A stretch of 20,000 nucleotides of DNA, from the IMG/VR virus record IMGVR_UViG_3300046170_000387. One strand, written 5' to 3'. Under the pieces are notes generated by a model that saw only the letters and a program-made list of their open reading frames with translations, was not told the DNA's origin and did no database searches. The DNA comes from an uncultured virus (IMG/VR IMGVR_UViG_3300046170_000387) (lineage: Duplodnaviria; Heunggongvirae; Uroviricota; Caudoviricetes). Shown in pieces: positions 16,524 to 20,000 of the stretch (position 1 is the first letter of the stretch; the number at the start of each line of letters is the position of its first letter). The translations under genes and the position numbers were made by a program.

Positions 16524-16715
16524 TTACCAAATACCTGGGATGATTTGGCCGGTAAGAGCATATGCACCAATAGCAGCAATTACTCCTAGCATTGCAATTC
16601 GACCGTTTAACATTTCAGCTTTTTCGTTGTGTGTCACAGTGATCTCCATTACTTGCATTTGTGGTTCTTTGGCAAAGACGTTTTGGCGTCCTTGATCTTC
16701 ATTAGTTACAGTCAT
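16524..16715 (-). CDS. hli: High-light-inducible protein (HLIP)
   Basis: AEMLNGRIAMLG chlorophyll-binding motif, one TM helix, TGQIIPGIW C-terminus. Confidence 0.96.
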   Translation of the reverse strand: MTVTNEDQGRQNVFAKEPQMQVMEITVTHNEKAEMLNGRIAMLGVIAAIGAYALTGQIIPGIW

Positions 16716-16716
16716 T

Positions 16717-17391
16717 TTATTTATATTCCTTAATAAAGTTTACACTATTGCACTTAATTTGTGCGATATCTTGTTCAAAGATTTCTAATCCAGCATCAGT
16801 AAGAATATGCTTATACATATCCTCAAATACTGAGGGAGGCATAGTCACAACATCAGCTCCGTTATAGAAAGATCTGACTGCTCTATGCACACTACGAATT
16901 GAAGCAGCTAGAACTTGTGTGTCTACATGTTTTGCCGCATACAATCCTTTGATACCTCTTACAACTTCAAGACCAGACACTTGTTGGTCATCTAGTCTTC
17001 CAACAAATGGTGATACGTATGTTGCTCCAGCCTTTGCTGCAAGTATTGCCTGAGGAATTGTAAAAACTAACGTGACATTAGTTCTGATGTGATCTTTTGA
17101 TAGCTCTTTACAAGCAAGCAATCCACATCTAGTCATCGGTAGTTTGATTGTGGCAACGCCATTAAATTCGTGAGCAAGCTGTTTGCCTGTCTCATACATT
17201 TCATGAGCACTACCATACACTTCCATGCTGATATCACGTACACCTATTTGAGAGAGTTCTTTGTAGACATCAGTTGGTTCTTTGCCAGACTTTCTGATCA
17301 ATGTTGGATTAGTAGTAACTCCATCAATTAATCCAGTAATAAAGTGTTTGGCTACATCTTCGATGTTTGCGGTATCAAGAAAGATTCGCAT
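16717..17391 (-). CDS. talC: Transaldolase, phage TalC type
   Basis: IFLDTA, DGVTTNPTLI, TIKLP (Schiff-base Lys), TNVTLVF, YVSPFVGRLDD, VLAASIR. Confidence 0.97.
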   Translation of the reverse strand: MRIFLDTANIEDVAKHFITGLIDGVTTNPTLIRKSGKEPTDVYKELSQIGVRDISMEVYGSAHEMYETGKQLAHEFNGVATIKLPMTRCGLLACKELSKDHIRTNVTLVFTIPQAILAAKAGATYVSPFVGRLDDQQVSGLEVVRGIKGLYAAKHVDTQVLAASIRSVHRAVRSFYNGADVVTMPPSVFEDMYKHILTDAGLEIFEQDIAQIKCNSVNFIKEYK

Positions 17392-17527
17392 TATGTTTTT
17401 CTTTTGCTAGTAGCTTTAATATATTTGAATAATCCTCATAGCGAGGATTGTTGATGCTTACATGATGGTATTGATAGTACCTGACTGCATGCATCACATC
17501 TTGTAGTTGTTCAACTGACAAGTCCAT
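17375..17527 (-). CDS. Small hypothetical protein (50 aa, not in ORF track)
   Basis: MDLSVEQLQDVMHAVRYYQYHHVSINNPRYEDYSNILKLLAKEKHNANLS*; fills the gap before talC. Confidence 0.65.
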   Translation of the reverse strand: MDLSVEQLQDVMHAVRYYQYHHVSINNPRYEDYSNILKLLAKEKHNANLS

Positions 17528-17696
17528 TATCTAGATCCTGCTGAGGCATATTTTTCTGTTGCAACTTTAACAAAAGCTTTGATGAAATTACAGATGGATC
17601 TTTGGTTAATGCGCGTACACGCATACGGACAGATCTAGTCTTCCACATGCCAAGTGACATGGCAAGACATTTGACTTCTGGAAGAAGTTTAATCAT
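17511..17696 (-). CDS. Small basic hypothetical protein
   Basis: 61-aa ORF overlapping both neighbours by a few codons. Confidence 0.55.
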   Translation of the reverse strand: MIKLLPEVKCLAMSLGMWKTRSVRMRVRALTKDPSVISSKLLLKLQQKNMPQQDLDNGLVS

Positions 17697-18018
17697 TTTT
17701 ATTTTCGTATGTATCTAGGCAATCAAGTACTTTGTGAGCACGGCGATCTCCGAGGAGAGGAAGCATCTTTAAAACAATTCGAGTAACTTCAGTTTTACGG
17801 GAACAAGTCCAGCGATAACAAGCTTTGCGTCCAGTAAGGATACGACTTGGTTGACTACTTTCATCGTGAATTTTGCCACCAGTGCCCATGACATCTGCAA
17901 ACATTTGAACAACGTCTTTATCTGTCATACGCATTTGTAATGTCCAAGTATTACTACGTTTGTCTTTATAGAGTGATCCTTCTCCTTCGAAGAGCCCTAC
18001 GGCCCATTCGAAAGACAT
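17689..18018 (-). CDS. Free-standing single-motif LAGLIDADG homing endonuclease
   Basis: N-terminal WAVGLFEGEGS motif, then LQMRMTDKDVV..F, YRW and LPLL..RR, matching the LAGLIDADG alpha-beta-beta-alpha-beta-beta-alpha layout; 109 aa. Confidence 0.85.
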   Translation of the reverse strand: MSFEWAVGLFEGEGSLYKDKRSNTWTLQMRMTDKDVVQMFADVMGTGGKIHDESSQPSRILTGRKACYRWTCSRKTEVTRIVLKMLPLLGDRRAHKVLDCLDTYENKND

Positions 18019-18044
18019 AAAAAAGGAGGTTTATTAGACCTCCT
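18019..18044 (-). terminator. Intrinsic terminator after psbA, abutting the endonuclease start codon
   Basis: AGGAGGT-CTAATAA-ACCTCCT-TTTTT then immediately ATG. Confidence 0.8.
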
Positions 18045-18081
18045 AAATCTAGCCAATGCGCCAGTAAATTGTGAGAATTAA

Positions 18082-19165
18082 TTAACCAATAGATGGTGCA
18101 GTTAAGGCTACAGATGTAGTCTCAGCAGCTGCCAAGTCTAACGGAAAATTATGAGCATTTCTTTCGTGAATTACTTCGAGTCCAAGTCCAGCGCGATTAA
18201 GAATATCGCCCCAGGTATTGATAACACGCTTGTTGCTATCAAGGATTGACTGGTTGAAGTTGAAGCCGTTCAAGGTTGAACGCCATGGTTGACACGCCAA
18301 GGGCAGTGAACCAAATACCAACAACAGGCCAGCTTGCTAAGAAGAAGTGCAGTGAACGGGAGTTGTTGAATGAGGCGTATTGGAAAATCAGGCGACCGAA
18401 GTAGCCATGTGCTGCCACGATGTTGTACGTCTCTTCTTCTTGACCGAATTTATAGCCATAGTTCTGTGACACTTGCTCTGTGGTTTCACGCACGAGAGAT
18501 GATGTAACAAGAGAACCATGCATAGCAGAAAATAAACTTCCACCGAAGACACCAGCCACACCAAGCATGTGGAACGGATGCATGAGGATATTATGCTCTG
18601 CCTGGAACACCAACATATAGTTGAATGTACCTGAGATGCCCAAAGGCATTGCGTCAGAGAAGGATCCTTGTCCAAAGGGATAGACAAGAAACACGGCAGA
18701 TGCTGCTGCTACAGGTGCGCTATATGCGACGAAGATCCATGGGCGCATACCTAACCGGTAGCTAAGTTCCCATTCTCGTCCCATGTAAGCGTAGATACCG
18801 ATAAGGAAGTGAAAGACGACGAGTTGGAAAGGACCGCCGTTGTAGAGCCATTCGTCCAACGAAGCCGCTTCCCAGATTGGGTAAAAATGCAGTCCGATTG
18901 CGTTTGAAGACGGGACAACTGCTCCTGAAATAATGTTATTTCCGTAAAGGAGCGATCCAGCAACTGGTTCACGAATGCCATCGATATCAACAGGGGGTGC
19001 GCCAACGAAGGCGATAATGAAACAAATAGTCGCTGCGAGGAGCGTAGGGATCATGAGGATTCCAAACCAACCGACATACAGACGGTTGTTGGTACTCGTA
19101 ACCCACTGACAAAACTCTTCCCAGTTACTCTTAGCGCCGGAGCGCTGCATAACAGTTGAAGCCAT
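18082..19165 (-). CDS. psbA: Photosystem II reaction centre protein D1 (one apparent +1 frameshift at about 18273; no intron)
   Basis: [53 protein letters not shown]; deleting one base at 18272-18275 restores [13 protein letters not shown] and a 360-aa product. Confidence 0.99.
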
Positions 19166-19218
19166 TTGATTAATAGTGCGGTGTATTTGTGGGTATTACT
19201 CAGCTTAAAAAGCCTACT

Positions 19219-19224
19219 AGTATA
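19219..19224 (-). promoter_or_regulatory. Candidate sigma70-type -10 element of psbA
   Basis: TATACT in an AT-rich intergenic region about 55 nt upstream of the ATG; no well-spaced -35 element. Confidence 0.4.
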
Positions 19225-19265
19225 TATTAAGTTATGAAACAAACATATACTGTAGGCATATGTGC

Positions 19266-19424
19266 TCAATATTCTTGAGCGGGAATAAATGCAAGTCCAG
19301 TCAAAGTTTCGATGTCAGTCAACATACGTGCTTTACCTTCCCTTGCTTCTCTACGAATCTTGCGAAGCTTGCTTACTTGATCAAGAAATCCTTGAGTCTT
19401 TTCGTGCTTGACAGATCTAGACAT
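19266..19424 (-). CDS. Small basic hypothetical protein (52 aa)
   Basis: Likely start is the ATG at 19424 (MSRSVKHEK), preceded by GGAG; helical K/R-rich sequence. Confidence 0.65.
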   Translation of the reverse strand: MSRSVKHEKTQGFLDQVSKLRKIRREAREGKARMLTDIETLTGLAFIPAQEY

Positions 19425-19506
19425 AATTTCTCCGATTGACGTATAGCCTTCTACAAAAGTGTAAATAGGCTTGCATTTACTATATATTGAAATCAACAAA
19501 TTTGTG

Positions 19507-19851
19507 TCAGATATGGCTGACAGAAACATAGTCAACTCCTGGTTTGATTAGTCCGATTGCTGATGCTGCTCCGAAAGAGAGATCAAGCTCACGACTGCCA
19601 ATGTAAGGACCACGATCGTTAATACGTACGTCCACGCATCCTTGATAGCAGACACGTAGCTTTGTACCGAAAGGTAGCGTTTTATGTGCGGCGGTAAGTC
19701 CGTACATATCGTAAGTTTCACCGTTCGCTGTAGTCCTGCCGTGGAAATATCCACCGTACCAGGAAGATAACATTGAGTTTGTGGCACTAGCTGATGTGCT
19801 GACACTGAGGAGGACAGCAGCAGCAATAGTGCTGATTGATTTAATAAACAT
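19507..19851 (-). CDS. rlpA: RlpA-like (DPBB) lytic transglycosylase with signal peptide
   Basis: SWYG..FHGRTTANGETYDM...TAAHKTLPFGT...VRINDRGPY...RELDLS signature; hydrophobic leader ending ASA. Confidence 0.92.
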   Translation of the reverse strand: MFIKSISTIAAAVLLSVSTSASATNSMLSSWYGGYFHGRTTANGETYDMYGLTAAHKTLPFGTKLRVCYQGCVDVRINDRGPYIGSRELDLSFGAASAIGLIKPGVDYVSVSHI

Positions 19852-19895
19852 ATAAGGTTATTCTTAGCTTGCATGAAGATATAAGGTAACAATTA

Positions 19896-19917
19896 GAGGG
19901 CACTCATGCGTACCCTC
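19896..19917 (-). terminator. Hairpin after the upstream gene (weak terminator or processing stem)
   Basis: GAGGGTAC-GCATGA-GTGCCCTC 8-bp stem with one G-U pair, followed by TAATTGTT. Confidence 0.45.
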
Positions 19918-19921
19918 AATG

Positions 19922-20000
19922 TTAACGATCAGGCTGAATAAGTTGATCGTTATTTTCGTCGAATACACAAGTATTCTCTGGAGAAGACTCACGCCACGCA
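19922..20000 (-). CDS. 3' end of a gene entering from beyond the window
   Basis: Open frame ...AWRESSPENTCVFDENNDQLIQPDR* ending just before the hairpin. Confidence 0.45.
   Translation of the reverse strand, partial: AWRESSPENTCVFDENNDQLIQPDR

Noticed and set aside
18239..18324. psbA split by an intron or a programmed frameshift
   Set aside because: The span is exactly 361 codons plus 1 nt, so there is no inserted element; the extra base fits the window-wide insertion pattern.
4919..19892. Other nested or antisense ORFs (4919, 4944, 5784, 5795, 5884, 6236, 6856, 7369, 8704, 8941, 8975, 9657, 9701, 10641, 12209, 13634, 13909, 14283, 14299, 18388, 18751, 19051, 19548)
   Set aside because: They overlap well-supported genes and show no recognisable motifs.
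1..20000. Alternative genetic code (stop-codon reassignment) as the cause of the fragmented genes; tRNA genes
   Set aside because: The breaks are frame changes, not in-frame stops, and genes end normally at standard stop codons. I saw no cloverleaf or T-loop consensus in the short intergenic regions.

Overview
A 20-kb, almost entirely minus-strand segment of a cyanophage genome; the probable host is a picocyanobacterium (Synechococcus/Prochlorococcus type). Read in transcription order (right to left) it carries: an RlpA-like lytic transglycosylase; psbA followed by a free-standing LAGLIDADG endonuclease; talC; hli; a very basic, repeat-rich 379-aa protein; many small hypothetical ORFs including a very acidic two-domain protein; a thioredoxin/glutaredoxin; translation initiation factor IF-1; a MazG-like pyrophosphatase; a minimal class I ribonucleotide reductase (nrdA/nrdB); thyX; two different SSB-like proteins; a PD-(D/E)XK exonuclease; an AEP primase-VirE helicase fusion; and three enzyme-fold proteins (HNH, Dam-like methyltransferase, peptidase M15-like) that all appear to lack their catalytic residues. 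About 13 single-base insertions, nearly all extending base runs, split psbA, nrdA, thyX, the primase-helicase and others; these look like sequencing errors rather than pseudogenisation. Best leads: (i) psbA with a codon-shifted 3' end beside a LAGLIDADG gene that starts right after a terminator (candidate intronless homing cassette); (ii) a histone-H1/protamine-like protein sharing an AAxxNTRGxR N-terminal motif with the unannotated peptide upstream; (iii) the cluster of putative pseudoenzymes; (iv) a host-type IF-1. All family assignments come from motif recognition by eye; no searches were run.
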